Assembly (NCBI GenBank): GCA_036574205.1
Contig: JAINCQ010000037.1
Span: 19,541-83,540 of the forward strand
Length of the DNA: 64,000 nucleotides
Source of the DNA: Elusimicrobiota bacterium
GTDB taxonomy: Bacteria; Elusimicrobiota; Elusimicrobia; Elusimicrobiales; UBA9959
Direction: 5' to 3'
This document shows, in pieces, positions 1 to 11,000 of the stretch. Numbering within the stretch: position 1 is the first letter of the stretch; every line of letters starts with the position of its first letter. Both the position numbers and the translations under genes were made by a program. The notes beneath the pieces are model-generated. The model was not told the DNA's origin. It did not search any database and was given only the letters and a program-made list of their open reading frames with translations.

Positions 1-99
1 GTAAACTAATTAAGGATTTGACATTATTTATGTTCCACTCCAAACTATATTTTACAAAAAAACGAAACAGCTACTTATTATATTGGATTTTTCTGGGGA

Positions 100-951
100 T
101 TATTGTTCTGTAAAATTTGATATTTCAACTCTTGTTTTTCGCCAGTTTTTTGCTTTAGCGGTTATCGCAAATGTTTTTCCGTCACTTGCAAGTTCAAGTG
201 AGCCTTCAGCTAACGTTTTTGAAATTTCGTATCTTACAGCTTTAATATTTCCGGTTAATTCTGCCAGCCTTTTTATATCATTTGTATAAAACCCATATTT
301 TCTATAGTGAATCTCTTCAAGTTTTGCCAGTTTGGCAAGAGTTCTCTTTGCTTCATTAATTTGTTTTTGTTCAGTTGGCGTTATTTTAAGAATTGTTTTA
401 TTTGCCCATTGTCCAATAAAAAATGCCATCAAACCCCATGACAAAACAAGTATTAGCCCTTCACTGAACATTGATTTTTGTCTTGTTTTTATAACAATGG
501 TTGAAGCCATGATGTCATGTAAAGCCCTTTTGTTTTTATTAAATGCAGCAATTATATATCCTAAATTTAATGTCAGATAAGATCCTATAAAATACCCCAG
601 TACCCTTATAAATGCCTTAAAAAAAGAAAGATTTTCTCCGTTTTTGTTTATAACTCTTATTCCCATTATTTTTTTGCCAAGAGTAACTCTTCCACCAGAT
701 GTAAAAATAATTTCATAAATTATAAAAAGTGCTGTCCAGAAAATTTTCCATTTAATTTCAACTGAATGTGAATTTATTACATAATTATATTTTATAGCGT
801 ATGTAAGGGTATAATAAGCTGGAAAAATAAATAAAAAAACATCTATAAGATATGCTATAAACCTTTCATTAAACCCGGCTATTTCATAGACTTTCTCTTC
901 ATCAGATTTGTCTTTTTTAAGATCGTTCAAATCCAAATCCATTTCATTCAT
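100..951 (-). CDS. RDD-family membrane protein with a C-terminal pilin-like soluble tail
   Basis: 283-aa ORF. The N-terminal half has an RDD-family look (FNERFIAYLIDVFLFIFP..., several hydrophobic helices). After a further TM helix, the tail (EQKQINEAKRTLAKLAKLEEIHYRKYGFYTNDIKRL...) resembles the globular part of a type IV pilin or pseudopilin, but there is no prepilin cleavage motif. Confidence 0.5.
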   Translation of the reverse strand: MNEMDLDLNDLKKDKSDEEKVYEIAGFNERFIAYLIDVFLFIFPAYYTLTYAIKYNYVINSHSVEIKWKIFWTALFIIYEIIFTSGGRVTLGKKIMGIRVINKNGENLSFFKAFIRVLGYFIGSYLTLNLGYIIAAFNKNKRALHDIMASTIVIKTRQKSMFSEGLILVLSWGLMAFFIGQWANKTILKITPTEQKQINEAKRTLAKLAKLEEIHYRKYGFYTNDIKRLAELTGNIKAVRYEISKTLAEGSLELASDGKTFAITAKAKNWRKTRVEISNFTEQ

Positions 952-1017
952 AAATTATCCCTCCAAAACCTGATGGTTGTTATTCTTAGCTAATATTATA
1001 TAAAATAAGAAATATTA

Positions 1018-1455
1018 TTAGCTATTTTGTTTTATCTGGCATTTTATACAGTATCTTGCATAAGGAATTGCTTTTAAACGTTTAGCCCCTATACTATTTT
1101 TACACAACTCGCAGATCCCATAAGTTTTATTATCAATTTTCTTTAAAGCCAACTCTATATCTTTAAGTATGGTTTTTTCGTTAGAAGATAAATCAAAAGT
1201 CGTTTCTTTTTCAACTGTATGTTCTACATCATCCATCTCATCACCTATATCTCGACTCATATCATATTCTGCCTGACTTTTTATATTAGAGAGAATGTTA
1301 TCTCTCATTTTTATAAGTTCGTTTTTGATTGATTTTATATCAGACTCTGATAATTTTGATTCCGTTTTTGTTTTTTTAGATATAACTTTTTTTACAGCGC
1401 TTTTTTTAGAGGACTGTTTTTTGTTCTTGACTGTAAGTTTTTTGCCTTTTTCCAT
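1018..1455 (-). CDS. DksA/TraR-family C4 zinc-finger protein with a Lys-rich N-terminal extension
   Basis: 145-aa ORF. The C-terminus has CELCKNSIGAKRLKAIPYARYCIKCQ (CxxC-17-CxxC), preceded by a coiled-coil-like acidic region, as in DksA. Confidence 0.7.
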   Translation of the reverse strand: MEKGKKLTVKNKKQSSKKSAVKKVISKKTKTESKLSESDIKSIKNELIKMRDNILSNIKSQAEYDMSRDIGDEMDDVEHTVEKETTFDLSSNEKTILKDIELALKKIDNKTYGICELCKNSIGAKRLKAIPYARYCIKCQIKQNS

Positions 1456-1474
1456 ATTGTCTCCTTTTTATTCT

Positions 1475-2431
1475 CTAATACCTTGATGTGGAAAAAAATA
1501 TTGGTTTTTTTTCTGTTATTACCCTTTTGTTTTCATTAATAGCGTTATTAATATAGCTTGGAATATTGAAAAGAGTAGAGATTGTTTGTTCGCTTACAAA
1601 TTTGGGTTTATTTATAAAATATTTATCTATTTTATTTTTAATTTTTTTAAGTGAAAAATTATGTATATTCGAATCCGATGCGATTATATAATTCCAGGGC
1701 ATATCATAACTTGGTATAAAATAACTATAAACCCCTACATTTTTAAAAACCATAGAAATAGTTTTATAAATAGCTGGTGTAAGGTTTAATTGTAGAATAT
1801 GGCCAGGTCCTGCCTGCATTGCAAATATACCATTATTATTAAGGCGTTTTTTTAGTTTTTTGTAAAATTCAAATGTATATAAATTATAAGCTGGACCACC
1901 TTCTATTGGACTTGGAAGATCTGAATATATTATGTCAAATTTAAGTTCTGTATTTTCAATAAATTTTCTGGCATCTTGAATTAGAAGAATAGCTCTTTTA
2001 TCATCAAAGCTTCCTTTATGCCAGCTTCTGAGATATCGTTTGGCAAATTTTATTATATTATGATCTATATCCACCATTATCACTTTATTTGTATTCTTAT
2101 AATTTAAAACCTCTCTTAATGTTGCCCCCTCTCCCCCACCAAGTATTGCAAAGTTTTTAGGATTTTTATGTATCAATATTGCTGGTATAACAAGTGACTC
2201 ATGATATATAAATTCGTCAAGTTCGCTGGATTGTGTCTCTCTGTCTATTATCAAAACCTTTCCAAAAGAATAAGTTTCAACAAGAGTAGCAGTCTGAAAC
2301 TCAGTTTTATAAGAAACTATATGCCTTTTTATCTGGTGAGCGTGAAATTCTCCTTTTGTGAAGTATTCCACAAACCATTCACCTTTTGGAAAATTATCAT
2401 GGTTTGTTTTAATCCATTTCAATTTAGTCAT
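1475..2431 (-). CDS. speE: Spermidine synthase (polyamine aminopropyltransferase)
   Basis: 318-aa ORF with the LGGGEGATLREVL SAM/dcSAM-binding motif and the DIIYSDLP segment typical of SpeE. It overlaps the upstream speH by 8 nt. Confidence 0.8.
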   Translation of the reverse strand: MTKLKWIKTNHDNFPKGEWFVEYFTKGEFHAHQIKRHIVSYKTEFQTATLVETYSFGKVLIIDRETQSSELDEFIYHESLVIPAILIHKNPKNFAILGGGEGATLREVLNYKNTNKVIMVDIDHNIIKFAKRYLRSWHKGSFDDKRAILLIQDARKFIENTELKFDIIYSDLPSPIEGGPAYNLYTFEFYKKLKKRLNNNGIFAMQAGPGHILQLNLTPAIYKTISMVFKNVGVYSYFIPSYDMPWNYIIASDSNIHNFSLKKIKNKIDKYFINKPKFVSEQTISTLFNIPSYINNAINENKRVITEKKPIFFSTSRY

Positions 2432-2780
2432 CTAAGAGTATTCCTCTCTGCATTTTTGTGACACTGAAATGTTTTGCCTTCATTCTTTTTTTTATTATTT
2501 TAAATGACTTCCATGGGTCTGAATGATCTCCACATGTAAAAAAATCAACAGATGCAAATTTATGTTCTGGCCATGTGTGTATTGATAGATGAGATTCTGC
2601 TACGACTATAACTCCTGAGACTCCATAGGGATTGAATTTATGGAAGATAGAGTCTATAACTGTTGTATTCGCCTCTTTGGCGCATTGCATCATTACATCC
2701 TGAATGAAGTCAACATTTGACAAAAGCTTTGAATCACAGTCATATAGTTCTACTATTAAATGTTTTCCAAGAGCTTTCAT
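2424..2780 (-). CDS. speH: S-adenosylmethionine decarboxylase proenzyme (small, pyruvoyl type)
   Basis: 118-aa ORF with the self-cleavage and active-site motif VAESHLSIHTWPE. Confidence 0.85.
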   Translation of the reverse strand: MKALGKHLIVELYDCDSKLLSNVDFIQDVMMQCAKEANTTVIDSIFHKFNPYGVSGVIVVAESHLSIHTWPEHKFASVDFFTCGDHSDPWKSFKIIKKRMKAKHFSVTKMQRGILLDD

Positions 2781-2863
2781 AATATAATTATTTTATCATA
2801 ATTTTTTTATTTTTTTCCCTCAGTAATTGCTTTAATCAAATATTTTTTTGTAAACTTTATATT

Positions 2864-3685
2864 ATGTGCAGGATGCTGGCAATAATATCAGATAGAGAAA
2901 TAGATAAAGAAGCTATATTGTATCATCTTCTGAATTCGCCAAAATCTATTTTAAAGCAGTCAGCTTATAATGAAAAAAGGCTTCAGAAGGATGGATGGGG
3001 TATTGGTTTTTTTTCAGGTGAAAAAGCTAAGATTTTTAAGTCCCCTAATGCGGTTTATGATGAACAAAATCTTCTAAGAGATAAATCCCTAAAAGCAAAT
3101 TCAAAAATATTTATTGTTCATGTAAGAAATGCTTCAAATCCCAGAAAACTTCCACATAAAGAATTGATATCCTATTATAACACACAACCTTTTTCAGCTG
3201 GCAATATAATATTCGCTCATAATGGAACATTGTCTATAGTTGATGAGATATACTCAAATCTTGGTAGTTATTCAAAGTATGTTCGCGGAGTAAATGACAG
3301 TGAAATATTGTTCTGGAATTTTATAAAGCATCTTGATTCTTATGGAGATATAAAAAAAGCATTGATTATGGTAAGGGATGAGATAAATACTGTCTGGGTT
3401 TCTGTCAGAAAAGACTATTCTGATATAAATACTCCATATAAAGGGTTGAATATATTTGTGTCTGATGGAAAGTCTTTTTATGCGCTTTGTGATTTTGCTA
3501 TGAAGAAAGAAATTTACTCTATTATGACGCCTGGATGGGAATATGGAAAAATGGCTTTAAAAAGAGAAAATAAAATGGTTATAATATCAAGTGAGCCTAC
3601 TGATAATTCAAAATGGACTAAGATAGACAATTTGAGTGTTATAGAAGTTAATAACTTATCTATTAAATTATCAAAAGTGGGGTAA
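2864..3685 (+). CDS. Class II (Ntn) glutamine amidotransferase, YafJ/EgtC-like
   Basis: 273-aa ORF starting MCRMLAIIS (Cys2 nucleophile). Also has the GWGIGFF, VHVRNAS and FAHNGTL motifs. Confidence 0.7.
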   Translation: MCRMLAIISDREIDKEAILYHLLNSPKSILKQSAYNEKRLQKDGWGIGFFSGEKAKIFKSPNAVYDEQNLLRDKSLKANSKIFIVHVRNASNPRKLPHKELISYYNTQPFSAGNIIFAHNGTLSIVDEIYSNLGSYSKYVRGVNDSEILFWNFIKHLDSYGDIKKALIMVRDEINTVWVSVRKDYSDINTPYKGLNIFVSDGKSFYALCDFAMKKEIYSIMTPGWEYGKMALKRENKMVIISSEPTDNSKWTKIDNLSVIEVNNLSIKLSKVG

Positions 3686-3689
3686 GTTT

Positions 3690-4316
3690 ATGTTTAGAAC
3701 TTTTATTCTTTTGTTAGTATTTGTTGGTGGGATTTATCTTTTGATTCATCAAAGAAAAGAGCAAAAAATGGAACAACAAAGGCTTGCTGAAATAAAAAGA
3801 CAAGAAATAAAAGAAATAGACCCTACTTTACCAGAGATGGTTGCTAATGAGTATATGCTTAGTTTTTCTAAACAGACTATAGAGACATTAAAATTCCTTG
3901 TTTCTGATACTAATGAAAATGTTAGATTTTCAGCTATTGAACTTTTATGGCAGCTTAAAGATAAAAGTATTCCAAAAATAATAAGAAAAAGTTTTGATTC
4001 AGAATCGGAGTCAGCGATAAAAGTAAAAATTGTGGAGATGCTTTCCAAAGAAAAATCCAAACTTTCTCTTCATCTTATTGCTTATGCTCTCAATAATTAC
4101 GATAAACAAACCAAAATAAGGGCTTGCGAGGTCCTTGGAGATTTTATAGACAAGGAAACAATAAATCTTTTAACTCCGGCCTTAAAAGATTATGATGAAG
4201 ATGTGAAAATAAAAGCGCTTGAGTCTATAAATAAAGTCAAAAAAGCAATAGAGCAACACAGGGAACAAAAGGTAAAAGAGATATTTGAGCCCAAGCCGGT
4301 TTTTAAAATAGAATAA
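3690..4316 (+). CDS. Membrane-anchored HEAT-repeat protein
   Basis: 208-aa ORF with an N-terminal TM helix, followed by repeated 'D.(N/D).VR..A...L' HEAT/PBS-lyase-like units (NENVRFSAIELL, QTKIRACEVLG, DEDVKIKALESI). Confidence 0.5.
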   Translation: MFRTFILLLVFVGGIYLLIHQRKEQKMEQQRLAEIKRQEIKEIDPTLPEMVANEYMLSFSKQTIETLKFLVSDTNENVRFSAIELLWQLKDKSIPKIIRKSFDSESESAIKVKIVEMLSKEKSKLSLHLIAYALNNYDKQTKIRACEVLGDFIDKETINLLTPALKDYDEDVKIKALESINKVKKAIEQHREQKVKEIFEPKPVFKIE

Positions 4317-4452
4317 GGTTCACTAAAAAGAATAAGTATATAAAATAGTAAAAATTAAATACCTGATTAATTAATATTATTTATTTATTACTTTTTTACC
4401 TGATTTTTTTCAGAAATATATTTTCAGCAAGTGGTATTTAGATAGTTTTTAT

Positions 4453-5253
4453 ATGTTTAATTTTTTCCAAAAAAAAATAATTTGTGGTATTTTAAATATT
4501 ACCCCTGATTCTTTTTCTGATGGTGGGCTTTATAATACTTTGCCTAAAGCGCTTAAAAGAGCTGAAGAGATGATAGATGAGGGGGCAAGCTGGATTGATA
4601 TAGGTGGACAATCATCAAGGCCATTTTCTGAACCTATAAGCGAAGAAGAAGAGTTAAATAGGATTTTACCTGTTATTTCTGGCGTAAAAAAATTAAAAAA
4701 AGATATTATTATTTCAGTTGATACATATTATCCTGTTGTTGCGGATAGAGCAATTGAGGCTGGCGCTGATATAATAAATGATATAACCGGCGTTAGGAAT
4801 CAGAATATGGCGGATATTATTTTAAAGCGCAGAAAGCCAGTTGTAATAATGCATATGAAAGGAACGCCCAGGGATATGCAAGTTAATCCTTATTATGATG
4901 ATCTAATAGGTGAGATTTATGAGTTTTTTTACGATAGGATAAGATTTTTAAATTCAAAAGGATTTAGAGATATAATACTGGATCCAGGTATAGGCTTTGG
5001 TAAAACTGTTGAGCATAACATTTTAATTTTAAAAAATCTCAAGCAATTCAGACGATTGGGCTATCCCATTATGATAGGACCTTCAAGAAAATCATTTATA
5101 GGAAGCATCTGTGGAGAAAAAGATCCTAAAAAGAGAGTCAGTGGAACTATTGCAACCTGTCTTTTTTGCTATGATAGTGCGGATATATTCAGAGTTCATG
5201 ATGTATATGATTTAAGACAGGCTTTTTCAATTTTTGAAGAACTTAAAAAATGA
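4453..5253 (+). CDS. folP: Dihydropteroate synthase
   Basis: 266-aa ORF with GILNITPDSFSDGG, IDIGGQSSRP and ILDPGIGFGK motifs. Confidence 0.9.
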   Translation: MFNFFQKKIICGILNITPDSFSDGGLYNTLPKALKRAEEMIDEGASWIDIGGQSSRPFSEPISEEEELNRILPVISGVKKLKKDIIISVDTYYPVVADRAIEAGADIINDITGVRNQNMADIILKRRKPVVIMHMKGTPRDMQVNPYYDDLIGEIYEFFYDRIRFLNSKGFRDIILDPGIGFGKTVEHNILILKNLKQFRRLGYPIMIGPSRKSFIGSICGEKDPKKRVSGTIATCLFCYDSADIFRVHDVYDLRQAFSIFEELKK

Positions 5254-6944
5254 TTTATTCTTTCATCTCAATAGGGACAAACATCGGAGATAGAATTTAT
5301 AATATAAAAAAAGCGATAGATTTTATATCGCAAAAGAATCAAATAATAGATATTTCCTCTTTATATATAACAAAGCCTATGTATTATTTAAATCAACCTT
5401 ATTTTATAAATTGCGCTATCAAGATAAAAACGTCTTTGTCACCCTATAATCTTCTTAATTTTATCCTGGAGATTGAAAATAAAATGGGCAGGAAAAGGAG
5501 TTTTAAAAATTCACCGAGAATAATAGATCTTGATTTAATATATTATGGAGATTTGATTATAAAAAGCAAAAAACTTTTTATTCCACATCCAAAATTATAT
5601 GAAAGGGCTTTTGTTCTTATTCCTTTATCAGACATAGATAAGAATTTTTTAGATCCGCTTAAAAATAAAAAAATTGGAGATTTAGTAAAAAATTTGAGTT
5701 TTAATAACGATGAAATATTAAAGATTCCATCCAATTTTAAAGAAACTTTAAATTTTATTTCAAAAATTCCTCCAAGAAACGCTAATGATTTTAATACAAA
5801 ATACATTAAAAAAACTATAAAGTTGCTTGGAACTTCTCAAAATGATTGTGGAAAAGTTATTCATATAACAGGTTCATGCGGAAAAACTGCAACCGCTTTC
5901 TATATTGCAAAATTAATTCAAAGACTTGGATATAATGTTTGTATTTATACAAGTCCGCATATAATGGATATAAGAGAAAGAATTATTTTTAATGGAAAGA
6001 AGATTCCTAAAAAAATTTTTTATAAAAAAATTATTAAGGTAATCTCAGTAGCTCAATATTTGCATTCTTCATTTGAGTATATGACATTGATTGCTATAGA
6101 CTGGTTTTCAGAGTTAAAACCAGATTTTTCAATCATTGAAGTTGGCATGGGAGGAAAAAACGATGCTACAAATATATTTGAAAAAAGTATTTCTGTTTTT
6201 ACATCAATAACATTAGAACATAGTAACTGGCTTGGAAAAAATATTGAAGAGATAGCAAAAAATAAATCCGGGATAATAAAAAGCGGAAGTTTTGTTTTTA
6301 TTTCTGGATTTAATGAAAAGAAAGTGATTGAAGTGATAAAGAATATTGCAGATGCAAAAAAATGTGTTACTTATATATTTAACAGAAAAAACCTGATTGA
6401 AAATTCAAAAACAAATTCTTTTAAAAATATTAATCTTTCCTATGCTTTCTTTATTGTTAAAAAGTTACTAAATAAACTTCCTTCTTCTTTCATTATACCT
6501 CAGCTTCCTGCAAGACAAAAAGTTTTATCTTATAATGGAATAAAGTTTTTTTTCGATGGAGCTCATACAACTCTTTCAATGAAAATACTTTTAGAATATT
6601 TAAAAAAATTAGATTATAGAATTTGCCTGGCTTCTTTTTTAAAAGATAAAAGTCATAAAGATATTATAAATCTGATTTTAGAATCTGGAATTTTTGATAA
6701 AGTAATTCTTGTTAAAGGTACTTCCCAGAGGACTTTTAACCCTTACGATTATAGAGGCATTTCAAATGTAAAAATCTTTTCAAATCAGTTAAATGCTTTA
6801 AATTTTGCCCTTTCTTTTAAAAAAAACATAGTAGTTACTGGAAGCCTTTATTTTTGCGCCGATATCCTTGCTTTAATTAACGGTAAAAAGCCTTTACATC
6901 TTTTAGAACTTGCTATAGATCCTCAAAAACTAATAGCCAATTAA
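5250..6944 (+). CDS. Fusion of HPPK (FolK) and folylpolyglutamate/dihydrofolate synthase (FolC)
   Basis: 564-aa ORF. About the first 160 aa carry HPPK motifs (IGTNIGDR, PRIIDLDLIYY, IPHPKLYERAFVLIPL). The remainder is a Mur-ligase/FolC-type domain (IHITGSCGKTATAF P-loop, YTSPHIMDIRERI, EVGMGG). The start overlaps the folP stop by 4 nt. Confidence 0.8.
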   Translation: MIYSFISIGTNIGDRIYNIKKAIDFISQKNQIIDISSLYITKPMYYLNQPYFINCAIKIKTSLSPYNLLNFILEIENKMGRKRSFKNSPRIIDLDLIYYGDLIIKSKKLFIPHPKLYERAFVLIPLSDIDKNFLDPLKNKKIGDLVKNLSFNNDEILKIPSNFKETLNFISKIPPRNANDFNTKYIKKTIKLLGTSQNDCGKVIHITGSCGKTATAFYIAKLIQRLGYNVCIYTSPHIMDIRERIIFNGKKIPKKIFYKKIIKVISVAQYLHSSFEYMTLIAIDWFSELKPDFSIIEVGMGGKNDATNIFEKSISVFTSITLEHSNWLGKNIEEIAKNKSGIIKSGSFVFISGFNEKKVIEVIKNIADAKKCVTYIFNRKNLIENSKTNSFKNINLSYAFFIVKKLLNKLPSSFIIPQLPARQKVLSYNGIKFFFDGAHTTLSMKILLEYLKKLDYRICLASFLKDKSHKDIINLILESGIFDKVILVKGTSQRTFNPYDYRGISNVKIFSNQLNALNFALSFKKNIVVTGSLYFCADILALINGKKPLHLLELAIDPQKLIAN

Positions 6945-7004
6945 AATCAAGTATTTAAATAATCTAGTTATTGTTTGTGTTTTGTTAAATCTATATGATA
7001 TGTC

Positions 7005-8012
7005 TTATTCTGCTTTTGCTTTTGGTATATGGGTGTATATAGATTTTTCTTTTCTATCAAAAACCGGTTGTTTTATAGGAAAGTCAAAAGAAATGGATAT
7101 ATTATGTGTGTTCCCCAGATCTTTCATTTGCGCAAAGGAATAGTCTATGCTTAAAAATTTAAGATTTAATCCAAACCCAAAAGAAAATCCTCCAACATCG
7201 TTTCTTGATTTCTGGGTGTTTAACCCCCCTCGTATTAGAAAAGATGTATTTTCGCTTGTTTTAAGAGTTAGTTCTCCCCCTAAGTTTATGTAAAGGCTGT
7301 CATTTTTTGGAAGAACCAAATCCGTCGCAAGTAAAAGATTTGGGAAAGGATATATTGCTCCGCCTATTTTAAATTTAAGTGTTATAGGAACAGATTCTTC
7401 ATCGTATCTTAAACCGCTTCCAAGATTTTGCATAAGAAAGCTTAATTTATAAGGTATATATGCAAATTTATATGCTCTTATCCCGAGATCAAAAGCTGTT
7501 GCCTTTGCGTTATGGTATATCCTGGAGTTTATATATTTATAGGCTATTCCCATGGAGACATCAGTTTCTCTATCTGAAAATTCCGTTATTCCTCTTGAAT
7601 ATCCTAAGGTTATAACAGTATCTTTAGGCGAAAATTTCCCTATTATACTCTGGTTTATATCAGTATGTTCTATGGTCCCGATTTCATTCATAAACGCTGA
7701 TATAGCTATAACTGAATCATAGCTTAATCTCTGGGCATATGATATAAAATGGTAATTTATATCTTCAACATATTGAGTTCGTGAAAGCATTATTGAAAAA
7801 CGAGGTATCTCCATAAGTCCAGCTGGATTTGAGTATATGGCTGAGGCGTCGTCTATAACAGCAGATTGCGCGCTCCCCATAGCTATAGCTCTTGGGTTTA
7901 TATCAAGATTTAAAAAATCCCCTGAAGTTATTCCCTTTGAATCTCCAGAAAAATAATCACTAGCATTTAAACTTTCTAAAGCAATTATCAATATTGTTAT
8001 AATCTTTATCAT
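7005..8012 (-). CDS. PorV/PorQ-family outer-membrane beta-barrel protein
   Basis: 335-aa ORF with a signal peptide. It has the N-terminal motif GDFLNLDINPRAIAMGSAQSAVIDDASAIYSNPAGL that I associate with the PorV/PorQ (UPF0164-like) family, and alternating beta-strand patterns through to the C-terminus. It sits directly downstream of a T9SS-type cargo gene. Confidence 0.6.
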   Translation of the reverse strand: MIKIITILIIALESLNASDYFSGDSKGITSGDFLNLDINPRAIAMGSAQSAVIDDASAIYSNPAGLMEIPRFSIMLSRTQYVEDINYHFISYAQRLSYDSVIAISAFMNEIGTIEHTDINQSIIGKFSPKDTVITLGYSRGITEFSDRETDVSMGIAYKYINSRIYHNAKATAFDLGIRAYKFAYIPYKLSFLMQNLGSGLRYDEESVPITLKFKIGGAIYPFPNLLLATDLVLPKNDSLYINLGGELTLKTSENTSFLIRGGLNTQKSRNDVGGFSFGFGLNLKFLSIDYSFAQMKDLGNTHNISISFDFPIKQPVFDRKEKSIYTHIPKAKAE

Positions 8013-8014
8013 AA

Positions 8015-11000
8015 TTATCTTTCAATTGCCAGCTTTATTGTTTTTTTGCCAACCCTTGATTTTATAACACATAAATAAACTCCACTTCCAACAAGTTGTC
8101 CGCTTGAATTTTTCCCATGCCAGTAAGCTGTTCCAGTTGCATCTGCTGCTGTCTCATAAACTTTTTGTCCGCTTATTGTATATATTGTTAGTTTTGCATC
8201 ATCTGGAAGATTTGTTATCGTTATCATCCCCTGTCCTGGTCTATTTGGATAAAATGGATTTGGAAAAACTTTTATGTTATTTAAGTCTGAAGATGGCTGA
8301 ACTAAAATAAGCTGATATATGCTGAAATGATTTAATTCAGCAGTTATTTTCCTTAATCCTTCGTTTATTGTTGTTTTAACAGGTAGACATTGACCAGTCT
8401 GGGGATTATATCTTGCTAGAACAACTCTTGATTTATTTGTATGTATATCTGGTGGAGAGCTTGGATTTACTGCTTCTGATGAAAAGTAATCAAAAGTAAA
8501 GGTAATGGGAACATATGGTTGCTCATTTGCGTATATCCCAAATGTTATTGTACTTCCACCAAAAGTGTATCCACAGTTATTTGAATCTAATTTTGCTATA
8601 GCAATTGGTTGCGGGGTAGTAAAAGATTCTTTTGGAATAAATAATACAACAGGCCTGTTGTCTATTAAATTTCCGCTTATAGTTGTGTCCTCAGATGGGC
8701 TTGTAAGTCCTGATATTGAAGCAGGTGGGGCTCCTTGTGGCCCGGGAAGAGTTACAGCTGGCGTGGTTGTTTGTATCCTTGCTGTTTCAACTCCTTCAGC
8801 ATTTCTTGCGGCAACATCAAAATAATATGTAGTTCTTATCCATAATCCATTTACGGTGTAACTAGTATCTTTGTATTCACTTCCAAAAGGAATAGGGGTT
8901 GAGATAAAAGGCGATTCAAAACTTACACTCGTAGCTCTTAATTCGTATATTGTTTCAGGAGAATTTTCCTGAGGATCCCAGTTGACTGTTACACCGGTCA
9001 AAGAAACAGAAGATACATAAACCCTGGCAACTTCTTGAGCAAGAGTGTATTTTGAGCCAAGAGATGCTGCTTCCTCTGTCATCCTTCCCTCTTTATTTAT
9101 AGCATAAACTCTTGCGTAATATCTACGATTTGGTTTTAAATCTCTGGCATACTCTGAAACTATTGGCAGTGTTGTTGAATCAGGAGTAACCTCATAACTG
9201 GTATAATTTGAAAATGTTGGTGTTTCAGATATATCAAGCCTATATCTTGTATTTATGCCTTTTTCTATATCTGCATCATTTCCATTTGAATCCCAGCTTA
9301 CTTTAAAACTTCCTGTTGTTATGTATGTAAAAACATTTGGTTGAGCTGGGGATGGAACTGCGGCAAGCGTATAGACTGGCTCTGATATAGAAAAAGGTCC
9401 ATAAACAAGTTCTCCATATGTCTGGGCATCCTGTTTGTATGACCTTACTTTTACCTGATATGCGGTGTTGGTGGAAAGTCCAATCTGAGTATAATAAGGA
9501 TAAGATGTGGAACTTAAAAAGACTGAAACATCTATTGTAGATTTAAAAATAGGGTCATTTGGATCTATTCCTATACGGTATTCATATATTTCATATCCGC
9601 TAGCGCCACCGGCTTTGTTCCATGACCATTTGATTGATGTAGTTGTCATTGGTGTTCCACTGAGTCCAACTATATTTCCAACTGTTATTGTTGATACGGG
9701 AGTATTAAACGTTGACGACACCCCTGTACAGTTTTGATTTGGATTTTGAGTGTCATAAACAGTTTCTACTCCATTTCCATTTCTTGCCTTAACTCTGAAA
9801 TAATATCGGTTATTTGGTTCTAAGTTTCTTATAGTGAATTTTGTGTCTTTATAATTATTTACAAAAGACAATGCTACTGAATACTCTGAAAAATTAGGAT
9901 ATGTTGATATATCCACCCTATATGGTGTAAAATCTGGATTGTTCCCGTTTGAATCCCATTCTATTTCAACAGTGTCAAAACTGGCGTAATTTACCCTTGT
10001 ACATGAAGGCGGATTGGCTTTAGTATATACCGTACTTACTGCTACTGCAAATGTTGATGGATCTGAAAATCCGCCTATGTTATAACAACCAACTTTTATG
10101 CTTGATGGGGTATTTGGTAAAAGTCCCTGCTGGTAATATGTTGCAGGGGCGCTTAAAGGAGATGGAAATGGAACAGTTGTTATAAAAACATTTGAAGCAG
10201 AAAATATTGCAAAACCATTAGAATTGCCTTCAGTTTGTAAATTCCAGTTCCATCTTATACTGGTTGTGCTCGCTGATTCCTCTGCAACAAGGTTTGTTAT
10301 GGTGCAGATTGGTCTTGGTGTTGAAGCCTGAACCATATATCCATCAGAACAAATTCCAGCATTACAAACATAGAGATAATACCAACCATATGGAAGTTCT
10401 TGAGGAGTTGTTGGTGTTTTAACTATTATAGTTGAAAGAGTTACGTTCCAGTTTAATGCATTAAAAGTTGAGATATAAATCTGAGAAGAGAGATCTATCA
10501 TAAATTCATTATTTATTCCTCTTAAAATAACCCTTGGCTTTCCAAAATCTGATTGATGACCACCTGAACCTGAATTTGATGCATCTGAAACTGAATGTAG
10601 ATTTGAATATGAACTATAAATAGTAATATAATCTCCTCTATCAAATCTTAAGGTTGCGCTTGAGATATGAGGTTTTCTTGTTGTTAATGTGTCATAACCA
10701 TATATATCTGGTTCATCAAAAAGATAATATTTTCCTTTTACATTGTCGGTATAGTCTGTTCCAGTCCATCCGCCAGTAACCATAACATAATTGGATGGCA
10801 GAAGAACGCTTGAATGTCTTATTAATTTTTCGGTATCACCGAAAAGCGCTTCATTTCTTGAGTAATAAAAATCGGTTATAAAGTTTTTAGCCGTATATTC
10901 AATAAGGCTTCCAGATGTGATTTTTTCTCCTCCAGTAATTAATATCCTTTTATTTGGTAAAAGTATACTTGAATGGTTTGATACTTCTGCTGCAGATATA

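Noticed and set aside
83-580. Plus-strand ORFs 83-289 and 332-580, and many similar antisense ORFs across the window (for example 3749-4060, 5543-5806, 8104-13755, 16054-16416, 17715-18017, 20113-20754, 23911-24180, 24500-24952, 26711-27202, 37737-38093, 44064-44387, 46761-47219 and 56463-56976)
   Set aside because: Each lies entirely antisense to, or overlaps, a longer ORF with clear homology-type motifs. Their translations are Phe/Ile/Ser/Leu-rich low-complexity strings, typical of the reverse strand of AT-rich genes.
4317-4452. Possible THF or other riboswitch upstream of folP (and upstream of folE at 15904-15968)
   Set aside because: Both leaders are almost pure A/T, with no G/C-supported helices. 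Nothing resembles a structured aptamer.
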